A stretch of 64,000 nucleotides of DNA from Candidatus Heimdallarchaeota archaeon (GCA_016839945.1 JAEOTE010000090.1:3414-67413); one strand, 5' to 3'. Counted from the stretch's first letter, positions 37,708-47,517 are shown. Notes: a model not told the origin generated them from the letters alone. Program-made: numbers and translations.

Positions 37708-38457
37708 TTAAGAGCAGGTTACGCATTGGTTATCTCTTTCTATTCTAAATATCTCAAAAGTGTTGTATTTCATATCTATATACAACATTTTATTTGTTAA
37801 CAACTGATCAATGTCTCTAAAAACTATATATTTTATAGCTTCGTTTGCTTCGATAACACCAAACAAGCCTGCTATTGTGCCCATAACACCACCCTCACTT
37901 GTTGTCGGATATGAACCAATTTCTGGAATTTCTTTCGAAACACACCTGTAACAAGCTGTTTTTCCAGGCATTACTGTCATCATTTGTCCTTCAAATTGAT
38001 ATACTCCTCCTATAACAAAAGGAATTCCAAGTTTAACACAAGTATCATTTACTAAAAATTTAGTCTCAAAGTTGTCACTTGCTTCTACAATGAAATCAAA
38101 ATTCGATAAGATTTTTTCTGAATTATCATTAGTAAGAGTAATATTGTACTCTTTAATTTTGATATCTTGATTTAGTTTTGATAACTTCTGTGAAGCAGAT
38201 TTAGTTTTAGATTCTCCTACATTAGTCTCTTGATGAAGAATTTGTCTATTTAGATTAGATAGTTCGACTTTATCTTTATCCAATATCCCTAAATACCCTA
38301 TTCCTGCGCAAGCTAGATAATACGCAGCACTTGAACCCAAACCACCTAAACCTATAACTAGAACCTTGCTAGTTTTAAGTCTCTCTTGACCATCTAAACT
38401 GAAATTTGTAATTATTATTTGTCTATTGTATTTGTCCTTTTCTTTGTCATTAAGCAT
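37708..38457 (-). CDS. ThiF/MoeB/UbaA-type E1-like adenylyltransferase
   Basis: 249 aa. VLVIGLGGLGSSAAYYLACAGIG, LSNLNRQILH, and zinc ligand pairs CYRC and CVTC. Confidence 0.8.
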   Translation of the reverse strand: MLNDKEKDKYNRQIIITNFSLDGQERLKTSKVLVIGLGGLGSSAAYYLACAGIGYLGILDKDKVELSNLNRQILHQETNVGESKTKSASQKLSKLNQDIKIKEYNITLTNDNSEKILSNFDFIVEASDNFETKFLVNDTCVKLGIPFVIGGVYQFEGQMMTVMPGKTACYRCVSKEIPEIGSYPTTSEGGVMGTIAGLFGVIEANEAIKYIVFRDIDQLLTNKMLYIDMKYNTFEIFRIERDNQCVTCS

Positions 38458-38535
38458 TTTGAATCCTTCTTCGTTTTATTAAAACACAATTTTCTTCTTA
38501 AAACATTATTTAGGTTTCTACCTTATTAATTTAGT

Positions 38536-38952
38536 TTATATGTTTGATACATATTCCTTCTCAATCATTATGCGAAAATTTTCAATTTTATCTAGGATCG
38601 ATTTTGTTTCTTTCTCAATCATTTTAGGAAGTTTTCTAGACTCTAAAGCTTTTTCATAGCATTTAGAGAAATAGTTGAGCTGAAAAACCAATTGCACTAC
38701 TCTTGCATGTTGGAAAACTTGTTCAGGATCTGACACCAATGCTACTTTCAAAGAAATTTCATTTTGTTCTTCTAAACTCAAGTCTATATTTAATCCCTCT
38801 TTGTGACAAACATCAAATAATGTGCTTAATAAAAATCTGCCTTTCTTCAAGACTTGTACGAGTTCTTTTGCTATATCAGATAATCCTGGTACTTCCCTTT
38901 TTATAACTTCAGCACTCGTTGTTACACTTCCAAGATGCATGTTTTCACACAT
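38536..38952 (-). CDS. hypothetical helical protein
   Basis: 138-aa ORF with no family recognised. No E2 HPN motif and no C-terminal GG. Confidence 0.4.
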   Translation of the reverse strand: MCENMHLGSVTTSAEVIKREVPGLSDIAKELVQVLKKGRFLLSTLFDVCHKEGLNIDLSLEEQNEISLKVALVSDPEQVFQHARVVQLVFQLNYFSKCYEKALESRKLPKMIEKETKSILDKIENFRIMIEKEYVSNI

Positions 38953-39043
38953 AGGATTTTTATGAAAAATACGTTCAAGTTTTTATAAACATTTTTAGAT
39001 TTACAATGTTGAAATTTAAAAAAGAAAAAAAAAGAATTATCTT

Positions 39044-41209
39044 TTAAGGTTCTAAAAGCATTCTTAATGTTACAAGAACAGCATCTATTTCATTCTTTAA
39101 TTTTTCAATAGTTTGTTGTCTTTCTCTGAATAACTTTACGTATGATTCTTTAGTCATGCTCTTCTTAACACGATATTCCTGCTGTAAAGCTCGCAGATTT
39201 CTTCTTTCTTCAAAGAGTTTTCTTTCAGAGATTTCAATTTTCTGAACTGAATCCTTGTATCGTCCACCATGTTTCACAAGATTCTCTTTTGTGACCTTCA
39301 AAGATTCTTCTTCAGAGCGTAATCTCTTTTCAAGTTTTGTTCTTAGATCTTTTCCTTCTTTTGCTTTCAGTTTCTTAGCTGCAATCTTTGCTCTTGTCTC
39401 TCTAATTCTCTCTTTAAGCGATAGAACCTCTTCATATTGTTTAACAAACTCTTCAAGTTCATCTACAGGAATGAATTCCTTTTCTTCTTCCAGTACATAT
39501 TCCTTGGCAGTTTTTGTTGACCACCTTATTCCTAAATAAATGGCAAAAATTACTCCGACGGATATTACTTGGAAGAAGTAAGTTACCCACATATTAAAGC
39601 CAGAATAATTATAATAAATTACCATTGGAGAGTTATCACTTCCAGAGAATTGTGTAGTTTCAAAATGTAAAATTCTTTTAAACCCCAAACTGCTAAAAGC
39701 GAATTTTACATCATAGCCTGTAAGTGGAATTACTTGATAAGGATCAGCACCTTCGTAAACATATGATTTATAGACTGCACCTTTTGGTAAGACTATATCT
39801 ATGTATAGATTATCCACTGTCCAATTTATTATTGAACAAGGTGAGAGTGTTAATTTGTAGTTAATTGATGTTTGTTCCTTAGAAAGAAATGTTTCCATTG
39901 GAACTTTGTAAACTATTGTAAAAGTCATTTGTTCTCCATGGAATAAGGGGTAACGTGGAAATATTACTAAACCCGGATAGTTTGGAAAAATAGTGTCTCT
40001 AAGATTATACGACCCTCTTTCAAAGAATCCTTGTTCGTCAAGCTGTGAATAAAAGTTCAGTTGCCCAAGTTCGTCTGCAAGTGATAAGACAGATGAGTTT
40101 TGGGGAAGAATTATTACAAAAGCGTTCAAACCAAAAAGCTTAACTTGTGTCATAGGAGAATCACTTGGTCTTTCAGGCCCCAAGAAAAGGATATTTTGTG
40201 TTTCAGTAACTTTGATTAAACCAAGTGGTTCAATTTCGACTTTTCTATAAACTTCTGTTGCTTTGAATAATTTTGTATTAGTTGCTTCTTCTACCGCTTC
40301 ACCAGTACTGACTGATTGAGTATAAACATTCATTAACAAATCGTCTTCATAGGATTGAGAATAATTAAACGGTCCTCTAGTTATATTTGTCCATTTTAAT
40401 ACCCCTGCTGCAGCTTGGGATACATAAATTACATCTGCTGTGTTATTATTTGGAGTTACTGTGTATTCTGCATTGTCAATGAAGTTGTCATTTCCTTGTT
40501 TATTTACCTGCGCTTCTCCTTTAACTAGTGGAATATTATTAATTAGAGGATAAAGCAATTCTCTATAATGAAGAAGTTGCTCACCTGCTAGTATCTCATA
40601 AAAATAAGGGGTAGCAAATTCTATATAACTAACAAGATAATAGTGTGCATCTTTTCCAATGCTTGATTTATCAACATTAAATGGAACCATATACGTTGTA
40701 TAATCATCTGACTTATAGTAACTATAAGTACGTGTAGCATTTTTGAGATTGATATCTCGAAAAGTTTCATTTACTACATGAAATCCAATAAAGGAGATAT
40801 TATCTACATTAATATTCGGGAGAGTATAATTGAAGTAAACAAGAGATTCATTGCCAATAACATTCAATTCAACTGAATCAATTAATGTGACTACGCCATA
40901 TTGCTCAAAACTGATTGATCTATTAAAATTTGCTGTTGCATTAAACCCATAAGTGTAGTTTGCAATAGCATTAAACTTAACATTGCTAATTGGAGATATG
41001 GGAGTATTATTCATTACACTTGGCGGATTTGAATATAGATCAGAATTCGAATTTGCATTGATTACTCCAAACATAGGTAGAAATGATATACCAATAATAA
41101 GAAGTATAATCATAGGTAATATTGTGTTTTTGGTTTTTTGCATTAGTAAAACCTCATTTTTTGTAGTCTTGTCCAGAAAGAGGAGGAACAATTTTAAATA
41201 TTTTGGCAT
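39044..41209 (-). CDS. ribophorin I / OST1-like type I membrane glycoprotein
   Basis: 721 aa. Signal/anchor, extracytoplasmic domain of about 520 aa with about 15 N-x-S/T sequons, one TM (VTYFFQVISVGVIFAIYLGI), and a Lys/Glu coiled-coil tail of about 150 aa. Motifs FPRYPLFHGEQMTFTIVYKVP and LYIDIVLPKGA resemble human RPN1 [21 protein letters not shown] and LTVKIILPEGA (recalled from memory). The start may be the Met at 41143. Confidence 0.6.
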   Translation of the reverse strand: MPKYLKLFLLFLDKTTKNEVLLMQKTKNTILPMIILLIIGISFLPMFGVINANSNSDLYSNPPSVMNNTPISPISNVKFNAIANYTYGFNATANFNRSISFEQYGVVTLIDSVELNVIGNESLVYFNYTLPNINVDNISFIGFHVVNETFRDINLKNATRTYSYYKSDDYTTYMVPFNVDKSSIGKDAHYYLVSYIEFATPYFYEILAGEQLLHYRELLYPLINNIPLVKGEAQVNKQGNDNFIDNAEYTVTPNNNTADVIYVSQAAAGVLKWTNITRGPFNYSQSYEDDLLMNVYTQSVSTGEAVEEATNTKLFKATEVYRKVEIEPLGLIKVTETQNILFLGPERPSDSPMTQVKLFGLNAFVIILPQNSSVLSLADELGQLNFYSQLDEQGFFERGSYNLRDTIFPNYPGLVIFPRYPLFHGEQMTFTIVYKVPMETFLSKEQTSINYKLTLSPCSIINWTVDNLYIDIVLPKGAVYKSYVYEGADPYQVIPLTGYDVKFAFSSLGFKRILHFETTQFSGSDNSPMVIYYNYSGFNMWVTYFFQVISVGVIFAIYLGIRWSTKTAKEYVLEEEKEFIPVDELEEFVKQYEEVLSLKERIRETRAKIAAKKLKAKEGKDLRTKLEKRLRSEEESLKVTKENLVKHGGRYKDSVQKIEISERKLFEERRNLRALQQEYRVKKSMTKESYVKLFRERQQTIEKLKNEIDAVLVTLRMLLEP

Positions 41210-41300
41210 AGAAGATTTTTTCAGGTTTTATTTGTTTTTTATTTGCACCTTTTACCATAAGAGTCGGAATGTTTTTGTATTTTTACTTTCTAAATAGGTT

Positions 41301-42107
41301 GTGTATTCAAAAAAGGTTACAATTGAAGAATTATCTAGTATGATAGATCATACTAATCTTAAGCCATTCACTACAAAAAAAGAAATAAACAAATTATGTG
41401 AAGAAGCAACAAAGTACAATTTCGCAGCTGTTTGCATAAATCCAACAAATGTTTCTTTCTGTCATGAGATTTTAAAGAGAACAAATGTCGAAGTTGCTAC
41501 AGTTGTTGGATTCCCTCTTGGTGCAAATATGAGGGAAGTCAAAGCACAGGAAACAAAAGAAGCTGTTAATCTTGGCGCTCAAGAAATTGACATGGTTATG
41601 AATATTGGTAGTTTTAGAGACAAAAACTATGATGAAGTTAGTAAAGATATTCAAGCAGTGGTAAATGCTGCAGCAGGGAACATTGTCAAAGTTATATTGG
41701 AAACTGGATTTTTAACAGATGATCAAATAGTTAAAGCTTGTGAAATAGTAAAAGATTCAGGAGCTCATTTCGTTAAAACATCCACTGGTTTTGGTCCTAT
41801 GGGAGCTTTTTATGATCATATTCTTCTAATGAGACAAACTGTAGGTACTGATTTTGGAGTCAAAGCTGCAGGCGGAATAAAAGATGCTAGAACTGCAGTT
41901 AGATTAGTTAATGCAGGGGCTAATAGACTTGGTGCTAGCGCGGGTGTTGCAATAATAAATTCTTTAGCAAAAATAGAAGAAGAAGGCAGTTGGTTTGACG
42001 CAACAGAAGACAAACCTATGGGTATTTATTCATTTGGAGCTGCTGATCCAAAAAAACAACCTAAAGATGTTTACGATTTTTATATAAGAAAAAAGGAAGA
42101 ATATTAG
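41301..42107 (+). CDS. deoC: deoxyribose-phosphate aldolase with C-terminal extension
   Basis: 268 aa. IDHTNLKP, AAVCINP, Schiff-base region FVKTSTGF and VKAAGGI. About 45 extra C-terminal residues. GTG start. Confidence 0.8.
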   Translation: MYSKKVTIEELSSMIDHTNLKPFTTKKEINKLCEEATKYNFAAVCINPTNVSFCHEILKRTNVEVATVVGFPLGANMREVKAQETKEAVNLGAQEIDMVMNIGSFRDKNYDEVSKDIQAVVNAAAGNIVKVILETGFLTDDQIVKACEIVKDSGAHFVKTSTGFGPMGAFYDHILLMRQTVGTDFGVKAAGGIKDARTAVRLVNAGANRLGASAGVAIINSLAKIEEEGSWFDATEDKPMGIYSFGAADPKKQPKDVYDFYIRKKEEY

Positions 42108-42131
42108 AAAGGACTTAGAAGAGAGAATAAG

Positions 42132-44828
42132 ATGAAGCGATTTGACGATAGAAAGCTAAAGCCAAAATTAACACCTATGATGCAACAATGGCAGCAAATT
42201 AAGAACCAAAATCCTGAGTATGTGCTCTTTTTTAGAGCAGGAGATTTTTATGAATGTTTTAATGAAGATGCAAAAATCGCTTCAGATGTTCTGAATATAA
42301 CGCTAACAGCTAAACCTATTGGTGAGAGAAAAATACCTCTAGCAGGAGTTCCTTATCATGCAGTAGATTCCTATATAGCAAAAATGGTTCAAAATGGATA
42401 TAAGGTTGCTATTGTTGAGCAATTAGAAGATCCTAAAACTGCAAAAAAAGTGGTTAAAAGAGGTGTTGTTCAGTTAGTAACAAGAGGAACTATAACTTTA
42501 CCAGAATCACTTGGAAAAGGACAAAACAATTATTTGATTGGATTAGCTAAAGAGGAATCTATATTGGGAATTTCTGCTTTAGATCTATCAACAGGAGAGT
42601 TTTTAGTTGCTGATTTTGAAAACGAAAATGCTCTGGGTTTATTAGAAGTTGAGTTGACACGCTTAAATCCATCTGAAATCTTAGTTGAAAATGAGTTATG
42701 GAAGTTTTTAGATTTCTATCATGATGAACAAAATTGTACAATAACTCATGGAGATGATTATTATTTTGATATTGAACAAGGAAAGAAAGATCTACGCGAG
42801 ACTTTTGATGTCTTAAGTCTAGAAGGTTTCGGAGTTGATGAACATACACCTTCTATCGGTGCGGCAGGAGCAATTTTGAGATATATTAAGGAAACACAGA
42901 AACGAGAAGATTTTCCAAATATTACAAAAATTAGCCAAATAAGAAGTCAGGAATTTATGACGCTTGACTCAAGCACCATAAGAAATTTGGAATTAATTGA
43001 AAACTTACGTGATAGGAAAAACTACGGAACATTACGACAGATATTAGATAACACAAAAAATCCAATTGGATCACGTCTATTAATCTCGTGGATTCTTCGA
43101 CCAAGTTTAAATCCAACAACGATACAAGGAAGACTTGATGCAACAGAAGAGCTTTTTGAGGATATTATTCTAAGAGAAGAGTTTCGTGATATTCTAGGTA
43201 AAATGAGTGATTTGGAAAGGATAACAAGTCGAATTTGTTTGGGGAGAAGCAATCCAAGAGATTTGTTAGCTCTTAAAAATTCTCTTGAATTAATTCCTGA
43301 AATCCAGAATAATTTATCAAAGTTCAAAACTGTTCTTCTTAAAGAAATAAGGAAAAAACTTAATCCGCTGAAAGAAGTAACAAGCATTATTGAAACAGGA
43401 ATAGCAGATGAGGTTCCTACATCTGTTAAAGATGGTGGAGTAATAAGGGATGGTTATAACCAAGAATTAGATGAATTAAGAACAATTCAAAGAAGTGGTA
43501 AATCATTTTTATCAACTCTAGAGGCTAGGGAAAAAGCTAATACTGGCATAAAGAATCTAAAAGTTCGCTACAACAAAGTTTTTGGTTACTATATAGAAGT
43601 CCCAAAAGCATCAACTAACAAAGTTCCAGCTGGGTATGAAAGGAAACAAACGCTAGTAAATGCTGAAAGATATATTACCCCAGAATTAAAGGAATATGAA
43701 GAAAAAATATTGAATGCAGAAGAAAAAATACTGGTTTTAGAAGAGCAGCTGTTTAATGATATACTGCAGGAAATAGCACAGTTTGCTAGTTCTATTCAAC
43801 AAAACGCATATTATTGTGCAATTTTGGACGTGATTACAACTTTTGCTCAAAATGCTGTATATTATAATTATGTTAAACCAGAGATAACAGAAGATGAAAT
43901 AATAGATATAAAAGATGGACGCCATCCAGTTGTGGAACAGCTTTTAGAACATTCTAGTTTTGTTCCAAATGATACCGTTATAAAAAAGGAAAATGAGAGA
44001 ATCCTGATTATAACTGGTCCAAATATGGGTGGTAAATCAACTATATTACGACAAGTTGCATTAATTGTGTTAATGGCACAAATTGGTAGTTTTATTCCAG
44101 CAAAGCAAGCTAAAATCGGTTTGACAGATAGGATTTTTACTCGAATCGGAGCTCATGATGTTCTAGTGGAGCATCGTTCAACGTTCATGGTTGAAATGTA
44201 TGAATGTGCAAATATTCTCAATAATGCAACAGAGAAGAGCTTAGTAATTCTTGATGAAGTAGGTAGAGGAACTTCAACATTTGATGGTGTGGCAATAGCT
44301 TGGTCTATATCAGAATTCTTGCATAATAATATTGGTAAAAATGGTCCTAGAACACTCTTTGCTACTCATTATCATGAATTAATTGAACTAGAAGAATTAC
44401 TCCCTAGAGTCAAAAATTATCACGTTTCGGTTAAGAACATAGATGGTGACATACATTTCTTATACAAAGTTAAGGAAGGAGGTATTAATGAGAGCTTTGG
44501 GATTCATGTCGCTTCTTTAGCAGGATTACCTGAGAAGGTGATAGATGATGCAAATGAAATGCTTTCAATTCTTCATGATCAGGATGAAAAAAAGGAGCTA
44601 CAATCTTTTGATAAAGAATCAATATTAGCACCTATGAGAATAGAAAAAAGCAAAGAAAAACAAGATACATCTCTGCAACACATTGAAAAAACTGAAGAGA
44701 TTATGAAAGATCTATCAGATATTAGTATTGAAGAAATGGCTCCCGTAGAAGCGCTAAATATACTAAACCAGCTTGTTAGAAAAAGCAAGAAAATACTTAA
44801 AGAAAAAGGGAAGAACAGTAAGGAGTAA
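42132..44828 (+). CDS. mutS: DNA mismatch repair protein MutS (bacterial MutS1 type)
   Basis: 898 aa. TPMMQQW, mismatch-binding GDFYECF (Phe-x-Glu), Walker A GPNMGGKST, ILDEVGRGTST and FATHYHEL. Confidence 0.9.
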   Translation: MKRFDDRKLKPKLTPMMQQWQQIKNQNPEYVLFFRAGDFYECFNEDAKIASDVLNITLTAKPIGERKIPLAGVPYHAVDSYIAKMVQNGYKVAIVEQLEDPKTAKKVVKRGVVQLVTRGTITLPESLGKGQNNYLIGLAKEESILGISALDLSTGEFLVADFENENALGLLEVELTRLNPSEILVENELWKFLDFYHDEQNCTITHGDDYYFDIEQGKKDLRETFDVLSLEGFGVDEHTPSIGAAGAILRYIKETQKREDFPNITKISQIRSQEFMTLDSSTIRNLELIENLRDRKNYGTLRQILDNTKNPIGSRLLISWILRPSLNPTTIQGRLDATEELFEDIILREEFRDILGKMSDLERITSRICLGRSNPRDLLALKNSLELIPEIQNNLSKFKTVLLKEIRKKLNPLKEVTSIIETGIADEVPTSVKDGGVIRDGYNQELDELRTIQRSGKSFLSTLEAREKANTGIKNLKVRYNKVFGYYIEVPKASTNKVPAGYERKQTLVNAERYITPELKEYEEKILNAEEKILVLEEQLFNDILQEIAQFASSIQQNAYYCAILDVITTFAQNAVYYNYVKPEITEDEIIDIKDGRHPVVEQLLEHSSFVPNDTVIKKENERILIITGPNMGGKSTILRQVALIVLMAQIGSFIPAKQAKIGLTDRIFTRIGAHDVLVEHRSTFMVEMYECANILNNATEKSLVILDEVGRGTSTFDGVAIAWSISEFLHNNIGKNGPRTLFATHYHELIELEELLPRVKNYHVSVKNIDGDIHFLYKVKEGGINESFGIHVASLAGLPEKVIDDANEMLSILHDQDEKKELQSFDKESILAPMRIEKSKEKQDTSLQHIEKTEEIMKDLSDISIEEMAPVEALNILNQLVRKSKKILKEKGKNSKE

Positions 44829-44861
44829 TCATTGTTTAATAAAATATCATATTGTGGTTTC

Positions 44862-46694
44862 ATGGAATCAAAAATTATCAAACTTGATAAACTTACAATT
44901 AATAAAATTGCAGCAGGAGAAGTTATTGAACGTCCTGCTTCTGTTGTTAAAGAACTTGTAGAAAATTCTATTGATGCTGGTAGTTCCGAGATAACAATAA
45001 ATATACAAGAAGGGGGGAAGAAACTGATAGAAGTAATTGACAATGGATCAGGTATGACACATGATGATGTTTTACTTGCAGTTCAACGATATTCAACAAG
45101 CAAAATTAAAGAAGCAGATGATTTGTTCTCTATCAATACATTAGGTTTTCGAGGAGAAGCTTTAGCTAGTATTGTAAGTGTAGGAATGGTTGAGATAACA
45201 ACAAAAGTGAAGAAACAAGATCTAGGAACACAGTTAGTAATAGAAGGAGGAGACATCAAATCTGATAGTAACATTTCAACAACTTCTGGTACAAGAATTA
45301 TGATTAAGAATCTTTTTTTTAATGTGCCAGTAAGAAGAAAATTCCTAAAATCAATCAATACAGAAATGAATCATATTACAGAATTTATTACCAAATATGC
45401 ATTAGCATATCCTGACATCTCCTTTTCTCTTACTCACAATGGGAAAACAGTGATATCATCACCAAAAGGAAATTTAATCACTCAAATCACAGAGATTTTT
45501 GGAAAGAATATTGCTAAGGGATGTTTAACAATAAAAAATCAAGAAAATGGATACACCATCAAAGGTTTTATCACCAAACCGGAATTATCACGGAAATCAA
45601 AAGATTATATGTACACATTTGTAAATGGTCGGCCTATTTCAAATAAAACACTTAATGACTCAATTATTCAAGGTTATGGGACATCTATTCCCCATGGAAG
45701 GTACCCAATTGTTTTTACATTTCTAGATCTTCCCTTAGACGAACTAGACGTTAATGTCCACCCTACAAAAAAAGAAGTTAGATTTAGCCAAGAAACCAAG
45801 ATATTCAGTTTAGTGGAAACTGCTATTGGTGAAGCTCTACAAGCAAGTGGTTTGAAAATCTTTGAAAGGGTAACTGAAACAAAAGCTCAACCTACTTTGT
45901 TTCAAGAATTAAAACCGCAAGAAAAAAGAAAAATTGGTGATAAAACAGTGATTCAACCATCTTTTGTATCAAAGATGGATACGTCTCCTAAACCAGATAC
46001 ACGGATAATATCTAGCAAATCTCAAGTTATTGAGGATTTTCTACCAATAGAAAAAGTATCAAAACCAGAACTTCCCGCTGCAAAGGCAAAGACAAGAGAA
46101 ATCAGAGTTATTGGAATATTAAAAGACACATACATAATTGCTGAAATTCAAGAAGGGTTGTTTCTATGCGATCAACATGCTGCCCATGAAAAGATAAATT
46201 ATGTAAAATACCTAAATCAATTACGTAATAATAACGTTAAAATTCAACAACTCCTTTCTCCGGTGAATATTGATCTAAAACCTTCTGAATTTGAAATTGT
46301 CAAAGAAATCATTTCTGAACTAAACAAATTTGGATTTGAAGTAGAAATCTTTGGTAAAAATGAACTAATAATTAGAGCTATTCCATCAATAATGAAAACA
46401 ACTATTTCTTATGATGTTGCAAAAGATATTGTTGATATTTTCAAGGAGCATGTATCTGAAATTAAGAAAGAGATGGAATTTAAAGACTTAATTTTCATTA
46501 AAGACATAATATCAGTATTTGCTTGTAGAAGATCTATAAAAGCAGGAGATCGTATCACTTTAAATCAAGCTGAAAAACTCATTTCTGAATTGTTAGCATT
46601 AGATGAGCCTTTCACTTGCCCTCATGGTCGTCCTACTATAATAATCTTAAATGAGAAATATATTGAAGAGTTATTTCAACGTGATTACAGATAA
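44862..46694 (+). CDS. mutL: DNA mismatch repair protein MutL (endonuclease-type C-terminal domain)
   Basis: N-terminal INKIAAGEVIERPASVVKELVENSIDAG and GFRGEAL (GHKL ATPase). C-terminal DQHAAHEKINYV, FACRRSIKAGD and CPHGRPT. Start set at MESKIIKL, although the ORF is open from 44832. Confidence 0.9.
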   Translation: MESKIIKLDKLTINKIAAGEVIERPASVVKELVENSIDAGSSEITINIQEGGKKLIEVIDNGSGMTHDDVLLAVQRYSTSKIKEADDLFSINTLGFRGEALASIVSVGMVEITTKVKKQDLGTQLVIEGGDIKSDSNISTTSGTRIMIKNLFFNVPVRRKFLKSINTEMNHITEFITKYALAYPDISFSLTHNGKTVISSPKGNLITQITEIFGKNIAKGCLTIKNQENGYTIKGFITKPELSRKSKDYMYTFVNGRPISNKTLNDSIIQGYGTSIPHGRYPIVFTFLDLPLDELDVNVHPTKKEVRFSQETKIFSLVETAIGEALQASGLKIFERVTETKAQPTLFQELKPQEKRKIGDKTVIQPSFVSKMDTSPKPDTRIISSKSQVIEDFLPIEKVSKPELPAAKAKTREIRVIGILKDTYIIAEIQEGLFLCDQHAAHEKINYVKYLNQLRNNNVKIQQLLSPVNIDLKPSEFEIVKEIISELNKFGFEVEIFGKNELIIRAIPSIMKTTISYDVAKDIVDIFKEHVSEIKKEMEFKDLIFIKDIISVFACRRSIKAGDRITLNQAEKLISELLALDEPFTCPHGRPTIIILNEKYIEELFQRDYR

Positions 46695-46708
46695 AGGATG
46701 AATAAGAA

Positions 46709-47002
46709 ATGATGAAGAAATTTAGGATAGATTTGAAAAAAGGAAAAATACAATTGAATCAAGCTTTAAGCATACATTTGATTATGATAATAGTCACTAT
46801 TCTTGCTTTTGCAATTTTCTTATCCATACAACAATTTTTGTACTCTTTCGAGGATTTTATTGCGAAAATCATTATCATAGATGTACTTCTTGGAGTAGGA
46901 ATATTACTGGAAATAATTACTTTTATCTGGAGAGTTCGCAATCTACAACTAAAAAATAAAGAAAGCATTACATCTACAGAAGAAAAAGAAGAAAAGGAAT
47001 AA
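46709..47002 (+). CDS. small two-TM membrane protein
   Basis: 97-aa ORF with two hydrophobic helices. No family recognised. Confidence 0.35.
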   Translation: MMKKFRIDLKKGKIQLNQALSIHLIMIIVTILAFAIFLSIQQFLYSFEDFIAKIIIIDVLLGVGILLEIITFIWRVRNLQLKNKESITSTEEKEEKE

Positions 47003-47044
47003 GGATAGAACAATCCTCTACTTTTCAAAACTATAATGGATTCT

Positions 47045-47458
47045 TTATAGCTTATCACCATACAATTCTTTTATTTGCTGAGGTGTAAGCATAACAGGTA
47101 TGCCTTCTTTTATATCGTAAACATGCTCTTCATTTTCTGAACAAATAAGTCTTCCTTTTTTTATTTCTAATTGGAAACAGTTTTCACAATCTTTTTTCGA
47201 AACATGTTTTTTTATTTCATCAATCACTTTAGTTTCTTCTGTTAAGTCTTCATTGATATTAACAAGAAAGTATTTTTTATAATCACAATAATAACTACAA
47301 ACAACTTTGGTAAGAGGATTTTCCATGGGAATTGGGATTTTCTCTGATTCTTCCTCTTTTTCTTCAATTTCAAGCTTTAAAGGCCAAGCTTTATCAACTG
47401 GACATGCCAATAAATCCATTAATCGATACTTCATACAAACACACGTCTTGTTAAGCAA
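47045..47458 (-). CDS. Trm112-family protein with long central insertion
   Basis: N-terminal LMDLLACPVDK and C-terminal GRLICSENEEHVYDIKEGIPVMLTPQQ match the Trm112 (DUF343) halves. An insert of about 75 aa contains CSYYC and CENC. The start may be the Met at 47434. Confidence 0.6.
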   Translation of the reverse strand: MLNKTCVCMKYRLMDLLACPVDKAWPLKLEIEEKEEESEKIPIPMENPLTKVVCSYYCDYKKYFLVNINEDLTEETKVIDEIKKHVSKKDCENCFQLEIKKGRLICSENEEHVYDIKEGIPVMLTPQQIKELYGDKL

Positions 47459-47517
47459 TTTTAAAGTATAATCCCTTTATTTTAATTGGTTATAAATTTA
47501 TTTCATTTATTGGGAGA

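Noticed and set aside
38536-38952. The 138-aa ORF next to the ThiF-type E1 as an E2 or ubiquitin-like partner.
   Set aside because: It appears all-helical, has no HPN-Cys E2 signature and no C-terminal Gly-Gly.
39044-41209. The 721-aa surface protein as a PGF-CTERM-type substrate of the nearby archaeosortase.
   Set aside because: The TM is followed by a charged cytoplasmic tail of about 150 aa, not by a short basic C-terminus, and no PGF-like motif precedes the TM.
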